Assembly (NCBI GenBank): GCA_903831815.1
Contig: CAIKZC010000010.1
Location: forward strand, 14,914-78,913
DNA length: 64,000 nt
Direction of reading: 5' to 3'
Source of the DNA: an uncultured bacterium
GTDB lineage: Bacteria; Patescibacteriota; Minisyncoccia; Phycocordibacterales; UBA11359
Positions 18,445-26,335 of the stretch are shown here, one piece after another (the stretch's first letter is position 1; every line of letters starts with the position of its first letter). The notes under the pieces were generated by a model, which was not told the origin of the DNA, did not search any database, and was given only the letters and a program-made list of their open reading frames with translations. The translations under genes were made by a program, and so were the position numbers.

Positions 18445-19983
18445 TTATTTTGATCGCAGGGTATATATTATAAAGTTCGGTAAATAGGTAAACAGGGTCA
18501 CCATTGTTGATGGGTCTCGCAAATATTCTTGATATATGCTGTAAATAGGCGTTAGTTTTGTGGTTCCAAATTTCTCCCCAGAAAAAGGCAGATTTTCTGC
18601 AAAGATTAAATTTTGGAACCGTAGTCTTTTCTCCGGTTTCTTCTCTAGCTTGCGCCAAGTCTCGGCAGTTTTTCTGATGAAGCTAAAACAATACTCTAAG
18701 GCCTCGTCCATATTGAATTCTTCAACTCGTTTGTCGTGAATTTGAGATTCTTTCAGAGCGATTTTTCTGTTTACGTTATCTTTCTGCATTATGAACTCCT
18801 CTTTGGTGTAGGTGTTGGATTCTAGAAGTTCAAATACACGTTGTCGTTGTTGCTCCAGTACTTTTATCTCTTTTCTGATCTGTGCGTTCTGCTCGTCGAA
18901 GTTTTTAAAATTGTTTTTCCAAATATCTAGGACGATAGCTTTGAAGGCTTTTTCATATTGCATGCTTGGATTGATTTCGTTTAGGTGTTCGACGAACATC
19001 TGCTCAAATGATTCTTTAGGAATGAATTTAGCGTGTTCACATTTCTGCTTGTGGTGGTGATAGTATGGGTACCTCTTGCCCGCTTGTCCGGTTGAGTGGC
19101 TACCAGTTAGAGGTTCGTGGCAAAATTGACATACGGCCAATTTCCTTAAGGGGAAAGAGCTGTTGTGTGTCAGGTGTGGCGAGTTCTTGTGTTTGCGACC
19201 GGATTCTTGGCAGAGGTAGAAAAGATTTTCGTCTACGATTGGTTCAAATGAGCCTTTGCTATCAATGTCCCAAACTCGGATAATTCCGCAATAGAGAGGG
19301 TTCTTGATGATTTTCTCAACAAGCTGAGGGATAGCGGTATTGCCTTGTCTGGTGACGAAACCACGCTTGTTTAAGAAGGTTGCCAGAGAGATATAGGTGT
19401 AAGTACCTTTTGAATATTCTTGAAATGCCATTTTGATATAGGGAGCATACTTTGGATCGGGTACGAGGTTGCCGGCTTTTTCGGTTCGACAATATCCGAG
19501 TGGTGCTTGCCAGACCCAGATACCTTGCTTGATTCTTTCTCGCATACCGTTGACGCTTCTTTCTGTTCTTACGTTGTTATCAAATTCAGCAAAACCGGAG
19601 AGCATGACTTCCATGAGTTTGCCGGATGGAGTGTCATCTATTTTTTCAGAAACGGAACGAATTTCGGTGCCGTAATTTTTGAGTTTTTGTTTGACGATGG
19701 CATAGTCAGTTTGGTTGCGGGAAAATCTATCGATTTTGTAGACGATAAAATAGGCAACTTTATTTTTCTTGTTGGAGCAAAGTGAAATGGCTTTGATGAA
19801 TTCAGTACGATCAGCAGTTTTTGCAGACTCGCCACGTTCGATATAAATCTGGAGGATGTTTACATTTTCTCGTTTAGCATATTCCTTGCACATACGCTCT
19901 TGAGATTCCAAACTGGTGCCGTCAACTTGTTCGAGTGAAGAGACTCGACAATATATTATTCCATTTTTGAGTTCGTTATTCAT
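18445..19983 (-). CDS. Large serine recombinase (512 aa), paralogue of the 26322..27860 recombinase
   Basis: YCRVSSLEQ catalytic-serine motif, resolvase domain, recombinase domain, Cys/His-rich zinc module (CQFCHEPL...YYHHHKQKCEH), C-terminal coiled coil. Confidence 0.75.
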   Translation of the reverse strand: MNNELKNGIIYCRVSSLEQVDGTSLESQERMCKEYAKRENVNILQIYIERGESAKTADRTEFIKAISLCSNKKNKVAYFIVYKIDRFSRNQTDYAIVKQKLKNYGTEIRSVSEKIDDTPSGKLMEVMLSGFAEFDNNVRTERSVNGMRERIKQGIWVWQAPLGYCRTEKAGNLVPDPKYAPYIKMAFQEYSKGTYTYISLATFLNKRGFVTRQGNTAIPQLVEKIIKNPLYCGIIRVWDIDSKGSFEPIVDENLFYLCQESGRKHKNSPHLTHNSSFPLRKLAVCQFCHEPLTGSHSTGQAGKRYPYYHHHKQKCEHAKFIPKESFEQMFVEHLNEINPSMQYEKAFKAIVLDIWKNNFKNFDEQNAQIRKEIKVLEQQRQRVFELLESNTYTKEEFIMQKDNVNRKIALKESQIHDKRVEEFNMDEALEYCFSFIRKTAETWRKLEKKPEKRLRFQNLIFAENLPFSGEKFGTTKLTPIYSIYQEYLRDPSTMVTLFTYLPNFIIYTLRSK

Positions 19984-19993
19984 GGCAGTAGTT

Positions 19994-20179
19994 TTACATA
20001 TCCAAATTTAGAAGTCTATCCACCCCAAGGGGATTATTGGAACCACATTTGTCCTCAATGAAACATTCAATGGCTAGTTGGGCTTGGCCATATAGTAAAT
20101 TACGAATTTTCGTTAATTCTTCGTCAGATTTTTCTTGCAAGGCCGGCTCTATTCTTTTGAGTTCATCGAGGGAGATCAT
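19994..20179 (-). CDS. Hypothetical small protein (overlaps the Rep gene by 4 nt: ATGA)
   Basis: 61-aa ORF translationally coupled to the upstream rep. Confidence 0.3.
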   Translation of the reverse strand: MISLDELKRIEPALQEKSDEELTKIRNLLYGQAQLAIECFIEDKCGSNNPLGVDRLLNLDM

Positions 20180-20982
20180 AGCAGTTCGCGAAGGTTGGGC
20201 AGGATGTCAAAAATCGACTGCTTTTTGCCAAGATTGTATTGTTTGTAGCCGACTGTTCCATTGTAAGAGCTTTCAAAATCTTTTTCTTTGGTGAGAAATT
20301 TTTGTGGTATCAGTTTAGAAATTCTGGTAGCTTTAATATGATCTTTGATCACGATAGGCCTGTGGAGGTAACGACTCGGAAAATATCTTTTTAATCCATC
20401 TAGTCGGCTGTCCGCTAAATTCTTGGACATATATTTTGAAATATACGCACCTACATTATTCACGTTTTCAATCGCTTTGATTTTGATATGACCGTATCGC
20501 CAGAGTTCAGCCAAAGTTTCTTTCTTGATGAATTTCAGATTGAAGAAAATAGTGTGATAGTGAATCGCTCCACGTTTTTGGAATTCAATGACCACGACAT
20601 ATTTGAGTAGATTGTTTTCGTCTACCGCATAATTAAGACGTTTAATAAAATTAGAAAATATTTTATTCGCTTCTTTTATGTTTTGGATATTTTCTTTAAA
20701 AGTAAAAGTAACGAAAACCGGAGGGTAGGGAACGGCATCTTTTTTGAACCATTGCCAAGCATTGGTGTTGACCAGTCTTCGCAAGATTGAATTTGTACGA
20801 TGAAGTGATCGTTGTTGAGATTCCGCTTTGCGCTGTTTGCTGGCTTCATCAGTCACCACAATTCTGGATCGAGTACGGCTTTGTTCGGGTACGGTAAAAT
20901 CATAGGACAGTGGTTTGTCGTCATAGCTGTATTCCTCAATAGTGGAACCAGAAAATATTAGTTTTTTCTTAGTTAATTTCAT
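20176..20982 (-). CDS. HUH rolling-circle replication initiator (two-tyrosine, phiX174 gpA/Microviridae VP4-like or plasmid Rep-like)
   Basis: Metal-binding HUH motif AIHYHTIFF and catalytic motif GAYISKYMSK (Y-x-x-K-Y); start taken at the internal Met MKLTKKK (track start 21063 would translate the upstream GC hairpin). Confidence 0.55.
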   Translation of the reverse strand: MKLTKKKLIFSGSTIEEYSYDDKPLSYDFTVPEQSRTRSRIVVTDEASKQRKAESQQRSLHRTNSILRRLVNTNAWQWFKKDAVPYPPVFVTFTFKENIQNIKEANKIFSNFIKRLNYAVDENNLLKYVVVIEFQKRGAIHYHTIFFNLKFIKKETLAELWRYGHIKIKAIENVNNVGAYISKYMSKNLADSRLDGLKRYFPSRYLHRPIVIKDHIKATRISKLIPQKFLTKEKDFESSYNGTVGYKQYNLGKKQSIFDILPNLRELL

Positions 20983-21034
20983 CCCTTTATGTGTGACTAT
21001 AATCAAGTCCAACCGGACTTCGCTTCGCTCGTCC

Positions 21035-21061
21035 GCCCGCCCCGCATAAGCGGGGGCGGGC
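21035..21061. promoter_or_regulatory. GC-rich hairpin immediately upstream of the Rep gene: candidate rolling-circle origin (nick-site stem-loop) or regulatory structure
   Basis: GCCCGCCCCGC-ATAA-GCGGGGGCGGGC: ~11-bp nearly pure-GC stem with one bulge in otherwise AT-rich DNA, ~50 nt upstream of the preferred Rep start. Confidence 0.4.
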
Positions 21062-21154
21062 ACCCGACAGCGATAGCAAAAAGACCATGATGTATTGTCA
21101 TGGCCAAGTATAAATAACGACTTAGAGAAAACTTTTCTAGAAATTCGGTAAAGT

Positions 21155-21895
21155 TTATAGAACCCTTAAATATTCTGGGTTAATTCGCACTTTTCCGGAT
21201 ATGGTAGAGTTAAAAATTAGAAATTGTTTGATCTTGTTGTCGGTCGCTTCTCGCACTTTTTCGTTGATGGCTTTGCAGGCAGAGTGATAGCGTTTCCAGT
21301 TATCTTTGTCTTTGGTGTATAGCTCCTTATTTTCGCCAAATTCCTCTCTGGCTATTTCAGCGTAATAGAACTCGTCTTTCAGATTATCTTCGTGATCAAT
21401 GAAAATATTTTTTAGAATTTTGTGTTCGTTGGTTACCTTGTCTTGTCTGGCGATTTTGATCTCGTGTTCACCAATTCGCAAGATACTTTCTGCTTCATTA
21501 AATTCCGGTGTTCTTATTATCTCTTTTGGTTCAATACCTCGCTTATACCGCTCCAGTACTTTATATATTGAATCGGCGACAATGACGTAGAATATTGGAA
21601 TTCGTATTACTCCGTTTACCGTATTATCTACGTCAAAATCGTCTACGTTAGGGTCGAACTTGGCCGGATCGCGAACGGTTTCAATAATTATGCAACCTTT
21701 TTGCTCTAAATATTCAAGAGCTGAACAAAAACCGTATCGGTTCATATTGAGCGGTTCGATATCTTCGCCATATATATCGATGGTAGGTGGTTCATCCTCC
21801 GATGTATGAAGATACCTAGCAGATATCTCAAATTCTTTGAGTTTGAAGACTAATAGCTCTAGTGTTTTGATGATTTCTTGGTCGAAATTGTCCAT
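21155..21895 (-). CDS. Hypothetical protein
   Basis: 246-aa acidic ORF, no recognisable family. Confidence 0.35.
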   Translation of the reverse strand: MDNFDQEIIKTLELLVFKLKEFEISARYLHTSEDEPPTIDIYGEDIEPLNMNRYGFCSALEYLEQKGCIIIETVRDPAKFDPNVDDFDVDNTVNGVIRIPIFYVIVADSIYKVLERYKRGIEPKEIIRTPEFNEAESILRIGEHEIKIARQDKVTNEHKILKNIFIDHEDNLKDEFYYAEIAREEFGENKELYTKDKDNWKRYHSACKAINEKVREATDNKIKQFLIFNSTISGKVRINPEYLRVL

Positions 21896-21970
21896 GGTTT
21901 TTATGCGGGTATATTAGCACTTTTTAGACTTGAAGTAATGGAGTTATGAACAGGCAAATGACCGGTTAGT

Positions 21971-21991
21971 AATATCCAAACTTTGGATATT
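21971..21991. promoter_or_regulatory. Perfect 21-bp palindrome AATATCCAAA-C-TTTGGATATT upstream of an XRE regulator (candidate operator)
   Basis: Dyad symmetry in the divergent promoter region ~30 nt upstream of the XRE start. Confidence 0.5.
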
Positions 21992-22019
21992 GAATATTTA
22001 GATAGACCATAGTAGTATT

Positions 22020-22241
22020 ATGACAAGGTCTATAAGAACAAGGGAATATGCTTATTTTGTCGAGCGATTAAGAAAAGCTCGTGAAGAGGCGGGATTAACT
22101 CAGGTGGAGGTTGCTAGGAAGTTAAAACGTCCGCAGTCGCATATTTCTAATGTGGAATCCGGACAGCAAAGGGTTGATGTTGTCGAACTTCAAAACTTTG
22201 CGAAGATCTATAATAAGGAAATAGGGTATTTTATTAAATAA
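22020..22241 (+). CDS. XRE-family HTH transcriptional regulator
   Basis: GLTQVEVARKLKRPQSHISNVESGQQRVDVVELQNFAKIY Cro/C1-type HTH. Confidence 0.8.
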   Translation: MTRSIRTREYAYFVERLRKAREEAGLTQVEVARKLKRPQSHISNVESGQQRVDVVELQNFAKIYNKEIGYFIK

Positions 22242-22247
22242 AAATTT

Positions 22248-22757
22248 ATGTTTTGTAAACATTGTGGGACTAGCTTGGAAGAAGGAGTGAAGTTTTGTGG
22301 TAAGTGTGGAGGAAAAAATGCAGATGCCGTTGCTCTTGCAGAATCTTCTTTTGTAATACAGGAAGGTTTTTTTGAGCGTATTTCCACGGGCAGACTCGGC
22401 AGACGAAATTATTTCTTTGGCTTATTGTACACAATTTTGCCGATTCCTATTTTGGTTACGTTTTGGGGGTTGATTAGTTTTCTTCTGGGTCAAGAGTCTC
22501 CGATCTTCTCATTTTTTAGCATGATAATCCCGCTTCTTATTGGTCTTGCTGTATTATGGTTCCTAGCCTCTCTTCCTGTGTCTATCTGCATAACAATTAG
22601 ACGTTGTCATGATTTCGGTTTGAGTGGGTGGTTTGTTCTATTAGGAGGCATAATAATGTTAATTGCATTATTTCCAGGTAGTAACAAAGGCTTAAATGAA
22701 TACGGTAAACCGCCGGTGAAAGGCAGGAAATTTTTATCTGATATTTTTAATAAATAA
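22248..22757 (+). CDS. Zinc-ribbon domain membrane protein with DUF805-like 4-TM region
   Basis: N-terminal MFCKHCG...KFCGKCG double CxxC zinc ribbon, then a DUF805-like hydrophobic core (YFFGLLYTILPIPILVTFW...). Confidence 0.6.
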   Translation: MFCKHCGTSLEEGVKFCGKCGGKNADAVALAESSFVIQEGFFERISTGRLGRRNYFFGLLYTILPIPILVTFWGLISFLLGQESPIFSFFSMIIPLLIGLAVLWFLASLPVSICITIRRCHDFGLSGWFVLLGGIIMLIALFPGSNKGLNEYGKPPVKGRKFLSDIFNK

Positions 22758-22762
22758 AAACC

Positions 22763-23896
22763 ATGTTTTGTAAAAATTGTGGGAACAAGATTAAAGATGA
22801 AGAAAAGTTTTGTTCATCTTGCGGAGTTGGAGCTGGGCAAGTTGGTAAAAGTGATCTGCCGGCAGATTCTGTTAAAAAGGAAGTAAGAGCAATAATTAAG
22901 TGTGGGAATTGCGCCTACATTGGTCCTGGAGAGCCAGCAAGAAGCATTGCCGGCATAATCCTAGCTTGGCTATGTGTTTTGTTCGCTCCGATAATCACAA
23001 TTATATATTTTGCGGCAACCCACAAATATAGGTGTCCAAAATGTAAGTCTACGTTTCTTGGTGTCAAAAACAGAGAAGGCAATTTTGTTGGTCAAAGTGG
23101 TGCTGGGCGAGTCGTTATTGTGATTGTTTTTCTACTTGTCGGTATTGCTGTTATGGGTATTTTATCTGCTATTGTTTTAGCATCATTAAATAGTGCACGC
23201 ACGAAAGCTAAAGATGCTCAAATTCAGGCAGGTCTTAGTAGTATGCGAGCGGCTGCCGAGATTTATTATTCAAAAAATTTAGAATCTTATTCAGTAGCTT
23301 CCGACTGTAATCATGGGATGTTTGCTTCCAGTGATCTTTCCGATCTTGTTTCTAACGTTCAGGAAAAAGGTACCAACGTAAAATGTTACGCAAATGGTGA
23401 CAGTTGGGCTGCTTCCTCTGTACTAACTAATTCAACGGGCGATAGTTGGTGTGTTGATAGTACTGGCAAAAGTCAAAATGGGACGGCTACAGAGAGTAAC
23501 TTGAAAGCTTTTTGTTCTAAAGATATTTCTTCAAATAGTTCAGTTGAAGATTCAAGTGATTCTATGACTAACGAAGAATATGTTAAACAAGTAGTTGTTG
23601 AAGCAAAAAAACAACTAACTCTCCCAAAAAAGACTGATGAAAATACGACTTTGACGGATATTGTCGCTGAACAATCAACCTTGCGTTATAAGTACACTCT
23701 GCAAGGGTTAGACCTAAGTGATTATACCGACAGTTCATTTAATAAAAAAATGAAGCCTTTGCTGGCCGATGATCTGTGTAAAAATGATAGTCTGACTGGT
23801 TTTCTGAATAGAGGCATAGATGTAAAGTATTCATATTTAGATTTAGAAACATACAAAAGTTATCTCATAACCTTTACTAAGGGTGATTGTTTATAA
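22763..23896 (+). CDS. Zinc-ribbon domain membrane protein fused to a type IV pilin-like N-terminal helix and a ~240-aa extracellular domain
   Basis: MFCKNCG...KFCSSCG zinc ribbon; TM; segment ILSAIVLASLNSARTKAKDAQIQAGLSSMRAAAEIYY resembles the pilin/pseudopilin N-terminal helix; Ser/Thr/Cys-containing C-terminal domain. Confidence 0.55.
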   Translation: MFCKNCGNKIKDEEKFCSSCGVGAGQVGKSDLPADSVKKEVRAIIKCGNCAYIGPGEPARSIAGIILAWLCVLFAPIITIIYFAATHKYRCPKCKSTFLGVKNREGNFVGQSGAGRVVIVIVFLLVGIAVMGILSAIVLASLNSARTKAKDAQIQAGLSSMRAAAEIYYSKNLESYSVASDCNHGMFASSDLSDLVSNVQEKGTNVKCYANGDSWAASSVLTNSTGDSWCVDSTGKSQNGTATESNLKAFCSKDISSNSSVEDSSDSMTNEEYVKQVVVEAKKQLTLPKKTDENTTLTDIVAEQSTLRYKYTLQGLDLSDYTDSSFNKKMKPLLADDLCKNDSLTGFLNRGIDVKYSYLDLETYKSYLITFTKGDCL

Positions 23897-23901
23897 AATA
23901 T

Positions 23902-24132
23902 ATGCACTGCACAAATTGTGGGAACAAAAATGATCCTGATACAAAATTCTGTGGTAAATGCGGAGCTGAGCATATCGTGAAAGACACAGACTCAAAAATA
24001 AATTTTGTATCTAATTCTACTTGGGCTACTCAAACAACAGGTGTCAAAATTGCAATATACATAGTACTTGCATTTGCTGGTCTAATACTTGTTTCTATGA
24101 TTCTTTTGTATATTCCTTCTTTTTGGCGTTAA
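23902..24132 (+). CDS. Small zinc-ribbon protein with C-terminal TM anchor
   Basis: MHCTNCG...KFCGKCG zinc ribbon, then IAIYIVLAFAGLILVSMILLYI. Confidence 0.5.
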   Translation: MHCTNCGNKNDPDTKFCGKCGAEHIVKDTDSKINFVSNSTWATQTTGVKIAIYIVLAFAGLILVSMILLYIPSFWR

Positions 24133-24326
24133 TGGCGGTCTATCCTGTAGAGAAATTTGTAAGATAAGCCTAAATTAAACGGCTTACTTATGTGTGGCTA
24201 TTCGCAAGTTGTGGATATCCAACAGCTTGACTTTTGTAGCCCCATGGAGTAAGATACTAAGTGAAAGTCACCTGCGCCAGCGAAAGCTGTGTGCAGGTTT
24301 TCGTTATGGGGTGTATAATACAGGCC

Positions 24327-25004
24327 ATGGAACGAATCTGTATACATATTGATGGGGGTAATTTCTACCATTTAGTCCTCAAAAAACTCGGTCTAAAAGA
24401 GAAAGATTTTGACTTTGATAAGTTCACTCAATTTCTCGCCGGAGAGAAAAGGACTATATCTGAAATGGGTAAACGATACTATGTGGGTACAGTAAGAGAA
24501 AAAGTTGGTGACGAGAGAAGTAAAATATCGATGGCTTTGCAAACCTCACTTTTTGCACGACTGAAATCTACTAAATGGGAAATAAAAACAAGCAAATTAA
24601 GGACGAGGATCGAAGAAATTGTTATTGACCAGAGAGTACAAGATTTTAAAAAACTGCAGAAATTGGGAATCAAATCTATTGTATTTGAAAGACAGCGAGA
24701 GAAGGGTATTGATGTAAAACTGGCTACTGATCTGATTGTCGGAGCAATAGATAACAAATATGATACAGCTATAGTAGTTAGTTCGGATGGTGATCTTATT
24801 CCAGCAATTGATTGGGTACGAAATAGATTTAAGAAGAAAATAGAATACGTCGGCTTTTCTATTGCAGATCCAAAAAATCCAAAAAATTCTACTAGACCGT
24901 TGCTTTCGATGATACCAAAAACAGATATTCAACGTACTTTGACAGCAGAGGACTTAAAGCCGTTTATCATTCGATTACCGTTAACCGATGGGGAGGTTGG
25001 CTAA
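24327..25004 (+). CDS. NYN-domain (LabA-like, PF01936) protein
   Basis: IHIDGGNFYH ... GIDVKLATDLI ... YDTAIVVSSDGDLIPAIDWV; a TATAAT hexamer sits 10 nt upstream of the ATG, so the mRNA is possibly leaderless. Confidence 0.7.
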   Translation: MERICIHIDGGNFYHLVLKKLGLKEKDFDFDKFTQFLAGEKRTISEMGKRYYVGTVREKVGDERSKISMALQTSLFARLKSTKWEIKTSKLRTRIEEIVIDQRVQDFKKLQKLGIKSIVFERQREKGIDVKLATDLIVGAIDNKYDTAIVVSSDGDLIPAIDWVRNRFKKKIEYVGFSIADPKNPKNSTRPLLSMIPKTDIQRTLTAEDLKPFIIRLPLTDGEVG

Positions 25005-25013
25005 AATCTATAT

Positions 25014-25667
25014 ATGCATAATATAATATTCAGACACTTTTCGGAGAAAAATACTTCCAATGTTGGTTCAATTGTTGATTGGATAACTATTCTCACATTT
25101 ATTACAACAATCGTTATTTTCTTAATTGATAGTTATTTCAATCGAAGACAAGAACATGAAAAGTGTTTGAATAGATTACTGTCTTTGAAATTTGAGCTTC
25201 AAAAAAATACGAATATAATAAATAAGTTTATCAACGAAATTGAAAAACAGTTATTAAGCGGGAGTAAAGTGGTTTATTACAGGTACGACACTTTGGTAAC
25301 GGAGTCTCTTATTTCAAGTGGAGAAATATTGGACTCGGATTTTCTTAGAAACCTTGATGCAATTTTAGGTGAAGAAAAACAAATAAACAGGCTTTTGGAC
25401 AGCATTGAAAAAATGGCAGATATGTCGCACGTAGATTCTGGTGACATTGCAAATTTGTTTAAAAATAGAATAACCACTGCTTCAAATTTGGTTGTATCAA
25501 TAAACAAAAATTTGACCAAATATTATCCAAAGGTAATCGATGGATTAGGTTCATATATTAGAAAAACAGAGGCAAAGAAATTTTTGGGCGTAAAGGCTTT
25601 TAATGTTTGTACTAATGAAAAGGAGATTAAAGAGGAGTTTTGGAAGGAGAAATATCAAATTTTATAG
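25014..25667 (+). CDS. Hypothetical protein with N-terminal TM helix
   Basis: 217 aa, TM ITILTFITTIVIFLI followed by a helical cytoplasmic domain. Confidence 0.4.
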   Translation: MHNIIFRHFSEKNTSNVGSIVDWITILTFITTIVIFLIDSYFNRRQEHEKCLNRLLSLKFELQKNTNIINKFINEIEKQLLSGSKVVYYRYDTLVTESLISSGEILDSDFLRNLDAILGEEKQINRLLDSIEKMADMSHVDSGDIANLFKNRITTASNLVVSINKNLTKYYPKVIDGLGSYIRKTEAKKFLGVKAFNVCTNEKEIKEEFWKEKYQIL

Positions 25668-25693
25668 CCACGATACCCTTAAACTCCTGGTGT

Positions 25694-25743
25694 GCCCTTA
25701 TATTCCCACAAACTTGGTCCCAATTCCATTTAACGAGGGTCAC
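25694..25743. repeat. Direct repeat copy 1 (50 bp, 45/50 identical to 26286..26335) flanking the NUDIX gene
   Basis: GCCCTTATATTCCCACAAACTTGGTCCCAATTCCATTTAACGAGGGTCAC. Confidence 0.6.
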
Positions 25744-25791
25744 TCGTGAACATCGTGAATGTTGTGAACATCTCTGGTACAATCATCTGAT

Positions 25792-26247
25792 ATGGATAAA
25801 AAGATTATTATTCGATGCAGAGCTATTATTCTCCACAAAGGAAAATTGTTGGTTGTTAAACATTCACCGGAAAATACTTTTTATGTGTTGCCTGGAGGCC
25901 ACTTTGAATGGGGCGAGGAGGTGAAGGAGTGTATGAGTCGTGAATTGGAGGAAGAGCTTGGCATAAAAGGTGATGTGGGGAGATTGTTTTATGTAAACAA
26001 TTTTGTGTGCGACGATACGGATTATATAAGTAAGGGTACACAATCTATTGAATTTTTCTTTGAAATAAAAAACTCTGCTGATTATGCAAATATGAACAAA
26101 CCAACTGGTTCGCATGCCGATGAGATCTATGAACTCAGATGGGTTAGCAAAGACGATGATGTGAATATTATGCCACTAAGTATTAGTAAAGATTTAAGAG
26201 ATGGTGAGCTTGGGTCTGAATCGCCCCGCTTCATTAGAAGTCAATAA
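25792..26247 (+). CDS. NUDIX hydrolase
   Basis: Nudix box GGHFEWGEEVKECMSRELEEELGI. Confidence 0.8.
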   Translation: MDKKIIIRCRAIILHKGKLLVVKHSPENTFYVLPGGHFEWGEEVKECMSRELEEELGIKGDVGRLFYVNNFVCDDTDYISKGTQSIEFFFEIKNSADYANMNKPTGSHADEIYELRWVSKDDDVNIMPLSISKDLRDGELGSESPRFIRSQ

Positions 26248-26285
26248 ATGGGTGTTACCTGACTAAAGCACTTAATTCCTGAAAA

Positions 26286-26335
26286 GCCCTTATATTTCCA
26301 CAAAGTTGGTTCCAATTCCATCTAACGTGGGTCAC
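26286..26335. repeat. Direct repeat copy 2 (matches 25694..25743); its GGGTCAC end abuts the left inverted repeat of the recombinase element
   Basis: GCCCTTATATTTCCACAAAGTTGGTTCCAATTCCATCTAACGTGGGTCAC. Confidence 0.6.

Noticed and set aside
20983-21063. Rep start at 21063 (ORF-track start)
   Set aside because: The first 27 codons would translate the GC hairpin (MPAPAYAGRADERSEVRLD...); an internal Met (MKLTKKK) downstream of the hairpin is a more plausible start.
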